A DNA stretch of 62,720 nucleotides, counting the filler, from Choristocarpus tenellus KU-1152 (lineage: Eukaryota > Protista > Phaeophyceae), in the NCBI GenBank assembly GCA_964200185.2. It is 9 parts of 9 records of this genome, joined end to end, with 100 filler letters (N's around TTAATTAATTAA, not from the genome) between each part and the next. Parts side by side here need not be neighbours in the genome. Positions count along the whole stretch, not along the records: positions 27,966 to 44,245 come from CAXNAD020000850.1; positions 44,346 to 48,605 come from CAXNAD020015429.1; positions 48,706 to 52,803 come from CAXNAD020016227.1; 6 more parts are not named here. One strand, 5' to 3'. This document shows positions 37,969 through 50,941 of this stretch, piece after piece. The position numbers and the translations under genes are program-made. Position 1 is the first letter of the stretch. The number at the start of each line of letters is the position of its first letter. Below the pieces are notes generated by a model. It saw only the letters and a list, made by a program, of their open reading frames with translations, was not told the DNA's origin and searched no databases.

Positions 37969-39540
37969 GTGGCACCAGTAGCTTCGCCCTCTGGGGTTGT
38001 CCCGTCATAACATTTGACGGAGATATCGGATTAAAAACATAAAAGCATAATCGCGATGCCCGTCACAATGCCTCCAGAGTACGGGCTTCGTTTTTTTTTT
38101 CGACATTTGTTTAAGAGCGGTCATATTGGGGTTCGAACCCTGGATTGTAGGTCACCAAGAGTGGCAACAGATAAACTATTACTTGATTAAAATATAGGGA
38201 TTAGAGAGGGGGAAAGCCTCCCTACCCTTTCTTCCTGTGTGTTCGCGCACCCACTCTTTGACCTCGGCAAGAATGTCCTCGTCCAGGCCCAGAATGAAAC
38301 GCCTCTCGTCGCGCCCTTGCTCCGACACGTTTTGTGGCCCTTAGTTAGGAAGTCTCTCTCCCATTTACTCACAGTTTCCGACGTGACCATCGCCTATCCT
38401 GCTGCCATCTTGAGAACTGCTTGACAGTCTTTCCCATCGTTCATACACAGGTACAGGATTCGCAGTGTTAGAGCCTTTACCATCACATTTCCTTGTTGAG
38501 CGCCGGAAATGGGTTACCTTCTTTCGGGCTTCAGAGCCCTTGTAGCCTAATCCTAACACCTTCTTTCTCGTTTCCTAAGCCACTCTGGCTCACATAGCTT
38601 CCAAACAGCTAGGGCCTGCTGCAACTGTCAACTACTAAGATATTCTACACCCGGGTTTTCGCTTAGGCGTTTCCTGAGCGCAATGGCATGTAGTCGCACT
38701 GCTCTCCTCCCCAACCTTCCCTTCGCCCAGCCACTCTGGTTCTCCCTTCACCTGCCGTGACCAGGCTTCCCCACAGATTTCATCACTGTGCCACACCCGG
38801 TGATGGACTCGCTGTTCTCTTCCTGCTTTCCCAAGGCAGCAGAGACTGCAGAGCAGTGCTCCGTATCGGTTGAAGATCCAACCACGTTTGTGTGGTAATG
38901 CTTTCAATGCATCTTCTCTCAGCATCAGTGTCGTGACTGCGTGGTCCATTTGGTGATTCGATCATGCTGCTGCGCCACACTACTCGCACTTTCTCGTCAC
39001 CTAACATCGCACTGAGTTTCACGCGGTACTTGTTTTTCCGACCCCTGTTGACAGAGAAGTGCCGAGGGTCGATCCTGAGGGCAGAGTGGCCTCGGCGGCT
39101 CTCCTTTTCTCACCGTCGTGGTTCATGTTGATGTGTAAGTCATGTGTGTGTGTGCTCACAAAAAGTCTGCAAAAGGCGTTAAAAAGAGGAAATTCTTGGG
39201 GGTTGCTTCTGGGTTTTTTTCGGCGAGGGCCGCACCAGTCAAACTTGGGCAGCGACATACCCCAGACCAGGTTTCTGCAAGGAGTTCAGCCAACCACTTC
39301 ATTTTTGCAAGTTTTGAAGTCGTGACCTTCAAAGTTGCGCCAGAGATGCTCCCCCGCGTTTTTTTCATCATTTTATCTGGACATAGTTCCCGTTCACCAA
39401 AGTTTCTACATTCCTGCATACAAACCTTCAAAAGATCTTGTCATAAGCTTTCATTTGATACATATATTGTTGTATATCTGTTGCAGCGTTCCGGTGAAAA
39501 AAAGCAGAATTGACACAGAGAGCGAAGCTACTGGTACCAC
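37969..39540 (-). mobile_element. Non-autonomous Tc1/mariner-like (ISRm11-type) element, copy 1, with decayed transposase N-terminus
   Basis: 25-bp TIRs GTGG(C/T)ACCAGTAGCTTCGC(C/T)CTCTG with TA at the flanks. Interrupted ORF ...MVTSETVSKWERDFLTKGH-KVSEQGRDERRFILGLDEDILAEVKEWVREHTGRKG resembles the HTH region of TcMar-ISRm11 transposases (from recall). No DDE domain. Confidence 0.7.
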
Positions 39541-39543
39541 CTA

Positions 39544-40919
39544 GTGGTACCAATAGCATGTCTATGGGGTTGTCCCGTCATAATTTTTGATGTAGATATC
39601 ATATTAAAAACATAAAAGCTCATTCGTGGTGCCCGTCACAATGCCCTCCAGTATGAGTTTCGTTTTTTTCGCCACTTTTTCCTTTTCTTGAAGAAAGAGC
39701 GCTCATATTGGGGTTCGAACCCTGGATTGTAGGCCACCAAGAGTGGAAACCGTTACACTATTACTTGATTAAAGTACAGGGTTTAGCCGGGGGGGAAGGC
39801 CTGCCCACCCTTTCTTCCTGTATGTTCGTGCACCCACTCTTTGACCTCGACAAGGATATCCTCGTCAAGGCCCAGAACGAAACGCCTCTCGTCGCGCCCT
39901 TGCTCCGACACCTTAATGTGGCCCTTAGTTAGGAAGTCTCTCTCCCATCTACTCACAGTTTTCGCTGTGACCATCACATATCCTGCTGCCATCTCGAGCA
40001 ACGTTTTATGGTCTTTTTCGTCGACTACTAAGATATTCTACACCTGGGTTTTCACTCAGGTGTTTCCTGAGCTCATGGCAAGGAGTCGCACTGCTCTCCT
40101 CCCCAACCTTCCCTTCAGGTGGCCACCCTGGTTCTCCCTTCGCCCGCCGTGACCAGGCTTCCCCACAGACTATATCACTATACCACCTGGTGATGCACTC
40201 ACCGCTTTCTTCCTGCTTTTCCGAGGCGGCAGAGACTACAGAGCAGTGCTCCGTATCGGTTGAAGATCCAACCACGTTTGTGTGGTGATGCTTTCCATGC
40301 ATCTTCTTTCAGTGTCAGTGTCGCGATCGCGTGGTCCATTTCCCGATTTGATCATGCTGCTGTGCCACATTACACGCACTTTCTCTTCACCTAACATCGC
40401 ACTGACTCTCACACAGTACTTGTTTTTCTGTTGCCTCTCAACAGAGAAGGTGCAGAGGGTAGATCCTGGGGGCAGAGTGGCCTCGGCAGCTCTCCTTATC
40501 TCACTGTTGTGATCCATATTGCTGTGTGGGTCACCTGTGTGTGTGTTCACAGGAAGTCTGCAAAAGGCGTTAAAAACATATCCGAGAATCTTGTATGTTT
40601 TTTCGGTAGGGCCAAACGCACCGTATTTTGACATGTCCTATCCCTGACCATTGTTTCAGGGAATTCAGTCAATCGCTTCATTTTTTTACTTTTTGATCTT
40701 GTGACCCTCAAAATTGCACCGGAGTTATTCCCCTGCGTTTTTGCCATTCTTTGATCAGGATATAGTTCCCGTTCACTGGGTTAATACATTCCTCCATACA
40801 AATATTCAACCCCTCTTGGCATAAGTGTTCATTTGATATTCATATTGTTGGCATGCCTTTCCTGACCCGACAGTGAAAAAAAGCAAGAGTACCACAGACT
40901 GCAAAGCTATTGGTACCAC
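39544..40919 (-). mobile_element. Same Tc1/mariner-like element, copy 2 (internally deleted), directly abutting copy 1
   Basis: GTGGTACCAATAGC...GCTATTGGTACCAC termini; colinear similarity to copy 1 along its length; ORF 39783-40001 TAKTVSRWERDFLTKGHIKVSEQGRDERR. Confidence 0.7.
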
Positions 40920-41904
40920 GTTACCCACGCTCTAGCCAGTGCGAGCAGCATTTATGCGCGCGGATAGGGCTGGAAGGTCAATTTCAATTTGCTGCACCTT
41001 GAGCAGTGTAAAAACTGTCACATGATAATAAATCGGCAGATTTCAGCTCTATTAGGGCTTCTGAAAACTCCATGCTTTTCCGATTACAATCATCATGCTT
41101 CTCATATCCACCAACGATTGTAGTTTATGTTCAGTCGTACAAGTAACTTGGAAAGATTACGTTTATCCTAACTATAGTATCACAACTACTCAACTCGTTG
41201 GTTGTCAGGCGTGTTTAAGCAGGCCTTAAAGGGGTCCGCCTGTTACAAACGCTGTGTTCACACACTTGGAAGGGGTTTACCCCTGGCCCTTAAGCCTGTA
41301 GGCTGATGGTGACGTTCGGACAAGCTGCATTGGTCAATAAGGCATGCAACTTTGACTTGGCACAAAAATCAATGTCATGGTTTTGGTAATAATATGTTGC
41401 CAGTTGGACAGGCATGCTTTATAAACGAGAGAGGCGTGCAATGTAAGGGGTGGTTAGAACCTGGTTTGTGGTCACAGGCAGTGAGTCCCATTCCTTCTGT
41501 GCACCTCCCAATAGTTTGTCTGTGCTATACACAAGGAAAGGCCGCTGTCTCTTTCCTACTGTCACATCGCAACCACCACACTTCACTGACAATAAATGTT
41601 GGTGCGGACGCTACCACCGTAGGATATATGGCTCAATGGATGCAGATGGGGACAATGCTTTGAAGGGGTTGTTGAAGTGCAGTGGGAGACCAGCTCTTCT
41701 TGAGGAGCACTACTATCAAATTTGCCACCTTATTTTCGAATCATTTCAGGGGCGCCTTAGAACAATTCGGACATTTTTTTAGAACTTTTCCACATGTTAT
41801 TTGGGGATGTATTTTGTATATTTTTGACACCCTTTCAAAATATTTTACACTACTGTTCCCTGACAATATCTGTGAAGAATGTTGTGATGTACTACGCCAT
41901 CATT

Positions 41905-42159
41905 GAGTCAAAGTATGTTAGAGTGTAGAGCCGCGTCCATTTGGGGGCCAAAATCCAATGTTGCGATTCTAATGTAATTTTGGCTATCGTGTTTGTTAGG
42001 AAGTGTGAATATCCTTGTTCCAGGCACACCTTTTCATAACGTATACATTTTTCCTCCGAAATATTTTGGAGTAGGAAAATTTCATAAAAAAAACGTGGGA
42101 ACCCAAGCCCCAAACGAACAAACAGGACAAAACTAGTACCCTCTAAAATACTTCCACTC
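41905..42159. mobile_element. MITE family A copy, TSD ATT
   Basis: ATT|GAGTCAAAGTATG...CCCTCTAAAATACTTCCACTC|ATT. Confidence 0.9.
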
Positions 42160-42707
42160 ATTTCAAATAACATTTTTGTGGCTTCTTGAACATGCGTATC
42201 GTGTACGTTTAAGAACTAGTTTATCAAATAAATACGTGAAAGAAGAAGTGCAATGAAACACCAGTTTCTTCCACAATCCTTGACGTTGCTCATAAAAGTG
42301 GTCGAGGGAGGTGAAACGCCTAAATTGTACACTGCGGTTGTACAGAAATTATTTAGGCGAAGAAAAATCGAAAGTTCTTGGTGTAACAATTGTATATATT
42401 TCGGAGAAATCAGGTTATGGTGAACGCCCGCTTAAAAGGGCGGTCGTGGACTATGGAGCATTGGACTGAACCAGGACTGCCCTATTTCCTGAAGTGCAGG
42501 TTCGTTTCAGGATGCTTTCGCAAGTCTTTCGGCATACAGGATGTCAAACATAGCCTGCTATCCCCACTTCGGTTCATCAGCATCAGAATACTATCATGCA
42601 AATGAATGCAACACCAATACCTCATGGTGCTAGTTCAACTCAGGGAAACTTGTCCACCCTCGAAACTTCGTGGGCACAATGATGCTTACAAACCTCCTCG
42701 AAGTACT

Positions 42708-42888
42708 GGTTCAAAGTATCTGGGGGGGGGGTGGCGGCTGTTCATTTGGGGTCAATTTTTTCATATCGCGATTATTGGGTGATTTGGTTGCATATGTCGG
42801 ACGGATAATGTAAGTGCACTTTTCCTGGTTTGGGGCCAAATGGACACCCTGGTGAAGACAGATCCCCCCCCCCAAGATATTTTGGGTC
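42708..42888. mobile_element. MITE family B copy
   Basis: GGTTCAAAGTATCTGGGG...CCCCAAGATATTTTGGGTC with conserved interior. Confidence 0.8.
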
Positions 42889-43589
42889 AATATGTGCTCC
42901 TTTGGGCTGGAACAGGAGAAGCCGTCATCCCTAACGTGGGGAGGAGAGATAGCTTTGTTAGGAAGGATTGTAGAGGAGATGCGTGATACCTATTCTTTGT
43001 TGAGGATAAATAATGACGTAAATGCGTGCACTCATCCCGTCATATTTCTTCCAGGTCATCTAGTAGGGAGTCTTCATGTTTACGCTTCTGGACATCAGCA
43101 CTATGGCATGGAGGGGCAGGAGGTCTATGCCGTTCATGTACTGCAGTGGCGGATAGGAACGTAGGAGGATGTTGTGTAGGTCTTATCAGTAAAAGGTGTG
43201 GGAGGAGTTGTGTCCAATCCAGGAAGATAAGGAATCATCAAGGTTGCGAGTTATGTATTTTCACCAGGATACTACATCATGTTGGAAGATCACTATACGT
43301 TTCGAAGTTATAGTGGAGGTAAAAAAAAATGTAGATTAGCATTTCAAGCTCTACTTTGTAGTATCACTACTGCTACTACTAGTGTTTGTGGGGAGGATAT
43401 AACATGCTTTATTTTGTAAGTCCATGTGAACAACTCGACAGAAAATAGTAGTAGTAGTACTGTAGGAGTTTATGTAGGATGGACTCTATTGTTGTTACAC
43501 ATATATATTGTATGTAGGTATTATTATCGGACAAGGAATGATTCACATACTTCTGACATGGTCTTCCACGTTGGGACGCTGGATCAGAT

Positions 43590-44032
43590 CCCTGCCAGGA
43601 CGAAGGCCTTCTCCTGGATGTCACATTTACAGAGAAATGCAAGCAGTCTCCCACCTACCACACTCACCCACCAGTAATGGTGTAGCTGCTGTTACAGCTG
43701 AGGCGTGAAAGCGCACCCACTACGAGGGTTCTTTTGATCCTCGTAGTTTTAACCTCAACACCTTCGCGGTGGAAATTTTTGGGCGACTCGGTAACCAAAC
43801 GGTAAGGTTTCTGGACGAGTTGGCTGCACACAGAGTAGGGGGGAGAGGGGGGGGAGGTTACAGCAGGAAAGGAACTGTCAAATCCCATTTACGACATACG
43901 GTGTCTGTCACCACACAAGTGACTATCTCAAGGTGTGTCATTCGTTTTAAGCTGGAGACTCCAGGGAGATTGGCAAGGAGGGGCCTGTCAGATTCTTGGG
44001 ATGCTTCCCTAGTTCCTCGCCCAGTAGTGTAG
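43590..44032 (+). mobile_element. 3' fragment of an RLE-type (CRE/R2-like) non-LTR retrotransposon
   Basis: Frameshifted LLLDVTF...AAVTAEA*KRTHYEGSF...FAVEIFGRLGNQTVRFLDELA...LRHTVSVTTQ resembles the C-terminal restriction-like endonuclease tail of RLE LINEs. Confidence 0.65.
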
Positions 44033-44436
44033 GGCTAAGCTAGGTTGGGGGAAAAGCAGCAGTGTACACATCACGGAAATATTACGAGCGTTTATGGGAA
44101 TGGTATAGTAGAGTTAGTAATCAAATACGTAGGTACCCCTATTTTGGGCCCAAAAATTATGAACCAAATCGAAAAATATGCAATTTTGTACCTATTTTTT
44201 CGATATGCTCAAAAACAGGGTTTTGTACCGGAATTATCGTATTCGNNNNNNNNNNNNNNNNNNNNNNNNNNNNNNNNNNNNNNNNNNNNTTAATTAATTA
44301 ANNNNNNNNNNNNNNNNNNNNNNNNNNNNNNNNNNNNNNNNNNNNAAGGTGTGCTCACGTATAAGAAAACACTCTTTGCCACAACATCTTCAGATCTCGG
44401 CCCTAGCCCCCCCCCCCCCCTCCACCAATTCTGCCT

Positions 44437-47400
44437 TCAATCTGAAGGAGGCAATCGTGTGCTCTCACCATTGTCCGGAGTACCAAAATTCACTCCCTTG
44501 GTGCTGCGCAGGAACTGGTTGATGGACTGACCAGCATCAGCGGCACGGCGAAAGACTTGTCCAGTGCAGGACACCTTCTTGAGACCAGGCAGGCAGAAGC
44601 TGCAGTTACAATCGTCTGTGCAACTGAATGGTTCAATGATTGAGAAGCAAACGCACGGTGTCAGGAAAAAGAGACATGTAAAAAAATACAGACGTTACGA
44701 GATGTGGGGGTGGAATGCACACAACCATTTCTTAATATATATTTATGGAATGAACCGTACACAGCGAAAAGAATAGGGACTAGGAAAGAAGATACCTGAG
44801 GCGGAAGTAGAGTCATACCAACTTAGGGCAAAGACGGGCACCACTAGGAAGGTGGGGGATCTCAAGGCAAGAGGTACCCCACAATCTAAACTTTAATGGA
44901 ACACACCTACTGTACATATACACCCCCCCCCCCCGCCACAACCCAAAACACTGCTACTTTTTTTATTTTCCCACCAGAGGATACCTAAGGAGGTTTTGAC
45001 TGTTGAAAACTGCTTCATAACCACTACAAGATCATGCCCAGTCTAGTGTACCGAGAACATAATGTAGAGCGATGGACAGAACACAAGAGCTACAGAGGCA
45101 GGGCAGGATAGGAAAATCAAATCGCATCACTATTACAATCACTGTGTTAACACTGCTAGCTGTCTCCTTCACCCGTGACATATCAGAATGCTCTACCGCC
45201 AATGCCCAGCTATAAACAACGCCTTCCCAACCCCCATCGCCTCTAAATTCTTTACCAAACCCAACACAATCCCCACATTCCCAACCCCCAAGAACAAGGA
45301 ACTAACCCCACCCCGTGTATGGAGAAGTCCTCACATCAAATCTTATTCGAAGCAACTTGGTCAGAGCGCAGGGTGGGGGGTTCTGTTCTCGGTCTCGTTC
45401 ACTCTGGAAACTCTCCATACCTGGGACAGAACCAGTCTTTGTCAGCAAGTACAGCAAGCAAGTCCTCCCCATAGCGGTTATACAGACAAGGTCCGCACAG
45501 GACTCCAAACACCCGCTGCTCTGAACATCCAGCACAGTGGGTCTTAAGGTCTACTGTCTTCTGGCGACACCAGTGACAGGTCGTTGCGTAAGGCGCAAAA
45601 TAAACCTGTGTGTGTTTGGGGTCGAGGGTGAAGGTCTTCAAAAGTCGCAACACTTAGTGTGTTTTGGCAGTGCCACTCAAAATCTAGTGAACGTGTCCAC
45701 TTGTTGGCAGAAGTTTTGAGCAGTCGTGCCGTCAACACAAGAGATAAGATAGGTACAATGTCCTAACTACTACTAGGTGTGTGCTGTGAGGCGTGGGGTG
45801 ATGTATTTGCAACACACCTCATTCACTGACAGGGAAAAAAGGCGAAAAGAAGACGATGCTGAGGTGTCCTTCCTCCCACGGGTCAAGCATGACCAGAGGA
45901 AAAAAAATGAGATTATTTTTTGCCAGAAAAAAACGATTTGCGTTTGTGTCCATACCTTGGATCCAGAGAACTTCACTTCGCCAGTGTGAACTCGTCCGAA
46001 GAAGGCACTCTCCTTACCCCTTTCAATGAGGTTCCAGTTCCCCTTGCTTGATGCCTGCGGATCGTCCTGTACACAATATTAGGAGGCAGGTATCCAAATA
46101 TGGAATGTATCGATAGAGGGGGGGCGTTGGGGAGGGGTGTGAGAGGGAAATAGCATGCCAGCAGTGCTCTCTTTGTTCTCTTTTTTTTTTTTCAAGGTGC
46201 ACATAAAACATCGGCCATGACACTGTTCTGTATGCCAACAATGCTGTAAACTCTGAAGCACAGATTTTGTGGATTGACTTGATGTGATGAGTGCGCGACA
46301 GCACTATCCTCACAAAGGAATTTGAACATGTCATGCCATATGAGCGTGTATGGTGAGCAGGAAATATTACCATCGTTAGCAGCTTGCACAATTAAGGAAC
46401 AAAATTGATGTCACAAACTGGTTGTACTTGGAGTGATGATCCTCCCACCCATCTACAATCAAGTTGAACAAAAAAGTTCATATTAGATGTCATGAACACT
46501 CCCCCAACCCTCACAGGCATATGTTTCCATAGTATCAAGCATGCAATTCCACCCTTCCACGTGATAAGATTTGATATTCACTCACTCAGTTCCAAGCGCT
46601 CACCTTCTTGCTCCGGTGGAGGCATGGAGTCTTCCTCATGAGTGTCCAGAACTGTGCCTCTTCTTCACTTTCATCTTAAGGATGCCCAAAAGAGAAAAAA
46701 TGAGGGGGGTAGGAGCTGATCAAGTCCGTTTGAGGCACAGAGAGGGGTAGCAACAGAACACCACTGCCAGCCGCAACTAGTTCGGTCTTAGAGTAATATC
46801 AAGAGCTCAATTGACTGTCTGATTCCTATGAGCAGTGTAGACCTTGATGGTTGCCATCTGCTCTGAACTCATTTTGACCTTTATTATTTTATCAGGATTG
46901 CAACTACTATCTGTAGAATCAGGGACCATGTACCGAAACTTGTCAGGCTGGAAAGATTTCACACCGGTCACTACGAATTAGGATACATACCACAGGAAGT
47001 GCCTATAATCTTGTGCATCTATTGATGGACGTATTAAACTCTTTCTTGATGAGGTGTACACACCTTGTAGTGCAGGCTTTTCAACTGGGTTCACTCCAAG
47101 GCGTCGTTGACCCGTGATCATCCTCGTGACACGTGATTCCATGCAATGTACCTGCATTCAACGGAAAAGGAACGCGACAGAGAAGTTCTAGTTGTTTGGA
47201 TGAGAGAGGTGCAATTGGCAATGGGCCATCAACTGGTTCGTGTCCTTATCGATTTATCGTCCACAACAGAATGCTTTGCCATGTCAGTTTTTATCACGAC
47301 AAGGGTACAACAATGTGTCAGAAATGGTCAAGGGACGACGAGTCGAAAGAGTGGTCGAGGTTGGGATGTTGATTTTTCGCACATATACGACGGCACCTGG

Positions 47401-48227
47401 CCAGCTCTCTCGAGCGTTGTGTATCACCTCGCGGTCCTTCATGTCAGTGATGGTCTCGTGACTGTACTGTGGTACCTCCAACCGTGCCCTCTTGCTCCTC
47501 CTCAAATCCTCTTCCGGAACTCTCATCTTTGGTTGGGTTTTCCTCTTTGCGCGCGTGGCCGGTTCCGACTTTCCTTTGGATTCTGCTTCGCTACCGGCCA
47601 TCAAGATCGCGTGCTTCCTGGACGGCGTTTTGGCGAATGTAGTCAGGATAGCGTAGCAAAGCGATGTGCATCGTTTTTTTGTTACCTATTGGGCGGCCTT
47701 TTGCTGCATGAGCTTGGTCCAGCGTTCGACAAGTATCCTTACCTGACCGGGTTGGTGCTTCTGTCGGCGAGTCCTAAAGCGGCCATCACGGCCTGATTGC
47801 GTGCTATATTAGCCGAGCGCTTGAGCTCGTATTCACTAAGCTCGTGGGTAGTATTTTCCAAGAGATGCGGAGCAAGGCAACCCCCTACACCTCTCTGTGT
47901 GGTCTTCCCTCCAACCCCCTCAACGCTAACGTCTTCGAAGTCGCTATCATCATCCTCCTCTTTGTCGGTCTCTGGCTCATTCTCAGAGCTCCTGCAGCTT
48001 GCATTTTTCTTCAATTTTTCCCCAACTTGACTTCTTGTGTTCACCTTGGAACCAGACCGTAGTGAAGTTCTTGTTTGGACCGTTGTTACAGAGGTGGAAG
48101 GCGCGAAAGTGGATCTAGTCTTAACCGGACTTCTAGAAGGTGGGGTCACGTTCTTGGTCTCGACTCTCTTCGCCCGACGACCGACAGTGCGCATATATCG
48201 CGTTAGTGGCTGCATGGCTTGGCTCAT
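44437..48227 (-). CDS. CDCA7: CDCA7-like protein with C-terminal zf-4CXXC_R1 zinc finger (multi-exon; middle exons not fully resolved)
   Basis: Exon 1 has LSEYELKRSANIARNQAVMAALGL. The zinc finger TCHWCRQKTVDLKTHCAGC...GVLCGPCLYNRYGE...DWFCPS (exon ending 45421) is spliced to CTDDCNCSFCLPG...CTGQV (44623 downward). Confidence 0.85.
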
Positions 48228-48705
48228 GTTGCAAACGGGTGTGTGTGGCGAATGTTGGCTTTAACGGTGATGCCTTGAGATGTGTAAGGGTGTAGATTAG
48301 ACCTGTTCTTACTTAACTATGTAAAGTTATATTTCTTAAGTTTATGGTTTGGTGTATACCACTACCATACTACTACTATATACATTATACAATATAGTTC
48401 CTATTTCGTGTTTTTGGGTGGAAAGTTTGAAAATTTGAACTTATAAAATAGTAGTATTATATCGTAGTATCATGGTATTGTCAGGGACAGGTTCCTTTTT
48501 GGGAGCGCCGACACACACTGTATGTATAAGACGCGTGGTCAGATACAATTGCGCGCGCCAAACACGTCATTTGAACTCATCCATACCGACTGGTCCAAGT
48601 AACAGNNNNNNNNNNNNNNNNNNNNNNNNNNNNNNNNNNNNNNNNNNNNTTAATTAATTAANNNNNNNNNNNNNNNNNNNNNNNNNNNNNNNNNNNNNNN
48701 NNNNN

Positions 48706-49560
48706 CACGTGGGTTAGTTTCCACCTGCATTGGGAGCCAAAGAATCTTAGAGGGTAGAACCGCGTCCATTTCGGGACCAAATCCAATGTTGCGATTTTTG
48801 ATGAAATTTGGCTATCGTGTTTGTTAGGAAGTGTCAATATCCATGTTCTGGACACACCTTTTCATAACATGCACACTTTACCTACTCCTAAACATTTTGG
48901 AGTAAGAAAATGTCATAAAAGAACCCATGGGAATCCAAGCCCCAAATGGACAAACAGGGCAAAACTCGTACCCTCCAAGATACTTTCACTCTTGAGTCAG
49001 GTTGCCGATGGAACAGTTCGTGCGGTAGCACGACAGTTTGGTATATATCAATGTACGGGAGTCTCCGGTGGTGAGCCGACCAGTGAAGAACCTGTGCATG
49101 GATTTTATACCACTGAGGTTTGGGACACGTGGGTTGTGTCATCCCGCACGATCGATCTTGTAAGACAGAAGGTGGACTATCACCTGTGTGCGGAACGTGC
49201 CGATGTATAGAAGTTTCGTATACGTGTTACTGTGCTGTCTGTCGTCCCTGTCCGTCCAATGCTAAAGGTTGTGGTTATGCGTATAAGGGGAGGGTGGTAC
49301 GTGTTGGAGTCAGTGTCGGCACTGAGGCAGTGTGCTTTGACTGATTTGATGTGATAGCATTTTCTTTGGGTGATATGTGCTGCCTATTGCTGTAACGAGT
49401 GTTTGGTAATGACGGGTGGCAGTGTGTGATGAAACCCAAAACTTGGAGCTTTGTGTTAGTTTGCCGATTGGTAGACTTCTGAAAAATAGAGGGCGATGAT
49501 TGCAAGTGTGCATGGTCTTTGTGTGGTCGATTAAGAAGTGCGTATGTGCGATTATCATGT
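48706..49560 (-). repeat. Second, inverted copy of the decayed element at about 56150-57350
   Basis: Reverse-complement similarity, e.g. GATGGAACAGTTCGTGC, CCGACCAGTGAAGAACC, GTGGTACGTGTTGGAGTCAGTGT, AATAGAGGGCGATGATTGCAAGTGTG. Confidence 0.8.
48734..48991. mobile_element. MITE family A copy inserted in a larger repeat; TSD TTGG/TTGA
   Basis: TIRs; the matching empty site is visible in the paralogous repeat near 57320-57335 (reverse strand). Confidence 0.9.
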
Positions 49561-50941
49561 TAGCACTGTTCATTCCCCGAGTTGCCAATGATCATTTTTT
49601 GGGTCTACAGATAATTCAAATATATACATACACAGCACGATACTATGAATGACTGTTTCCTTGTTGAACAAACAAGGAGACAAGCAATTTGGTCTGGATA
49701 CCCTCAACAAGGTGAGCAAATTCAGATTTCTGCCAATACACTTTCAAGTAGCTGGTATTAAAACATTTTGGTTGGCATGCACATCTGGCCGGTTACACCA
49801 TGTAGAGGAAGGAGAACAAGATTTTAACTAACTTGGTGCTTGAAAGGGTCAGGTGAAGCTGTAGGGAGCAGAGGACAGTCGAGGGGTGAGAGCTTCAAAA
49901 GCATGATCATGCTGATGAATGTAGTATGTTGCAGACATCACCTGTGTTTGAATCCATAAATCACAATATCTAGATCACTACTGCAAGTATAAAACCTAGA
50001 TAGGTTTACCTCAGTGTTGAAAGGAATTAGTTGCCCCAGCGCTTAGTTTTAGCCCTTGGGTGTTGAAGATGTATATTGGTACCCCGTCTGACCATTGCTG
50101 TACAGAGTATCTCATATAAACTACTTGCTATGACTAGATCTAGGAGGCGTGAACCACATTATGAACAATCTATTTTTTTACTCACTCTATATTATACTAC
50201 CATAATATCAAAATAATTGGATTATCCTATATCTTAAATTGCAAACTGCTAGCAAAAATATTTTTACCATTCTGTAAGTGGAGAGGCCAGATTGTTGAGA
50301 TTTGTCGAATTCGTTTTATCCCAATCAAATTTATTCTCAGTGTCGCTCAGAATGAGGTTATAAGGAGGCACAACGTCAACAAGTTCATTCACCAACTGTT
50401 AGCAAGGATGTATTTTCCTGTTGAGATCATTGAGAGCAATTGTTGAACACAGCTACACGTGTTTCTGTCCAGCTTGTTAGCTGCCACACACTTAGGAGCA
50501 ATGAGACGGAGACCTACACCTACGTATTCAACTACTGTTCAAGGCCCTCTAGCTAGCTTGTTTTCTTGTCTCATGTCCTGCGGTCAATCTTGCCCCTGGC
50601 AAACGCCCTCCAATGACTGGCCACTTGCTTCACCTTGTGTACAGAGGCATGTGACTACTGTCAGTGCACTGGGTCAAAACGAACAGAGTTGTTGCTGGGA
50701 GGAGAGTCCAGGTTTGCTTGCATATGTGGGCAAGAGCATCCATTCCATTTGTCACACACCTCAAAGGGAAACATAACATACTTCAATACAGCCAATACAT
50801 CACCCACCACAGTGCATGTTGCTATTTATAGATGGCCTGGTATTTATCTAATGTGGACTAAGTGAGTGTGCGTGTCTGATAAGTAATATACCATACACTG
50901 GAGTATTACTACAGAATATACTTGGAGTATTATATTAGTCA

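Noticed and set aside
38120-38185. Functional tRNA gene
   Set aside because: A B-box is present but there is no acceptor stem and the A-B spacing is too short; reported only as a tRNA-like module
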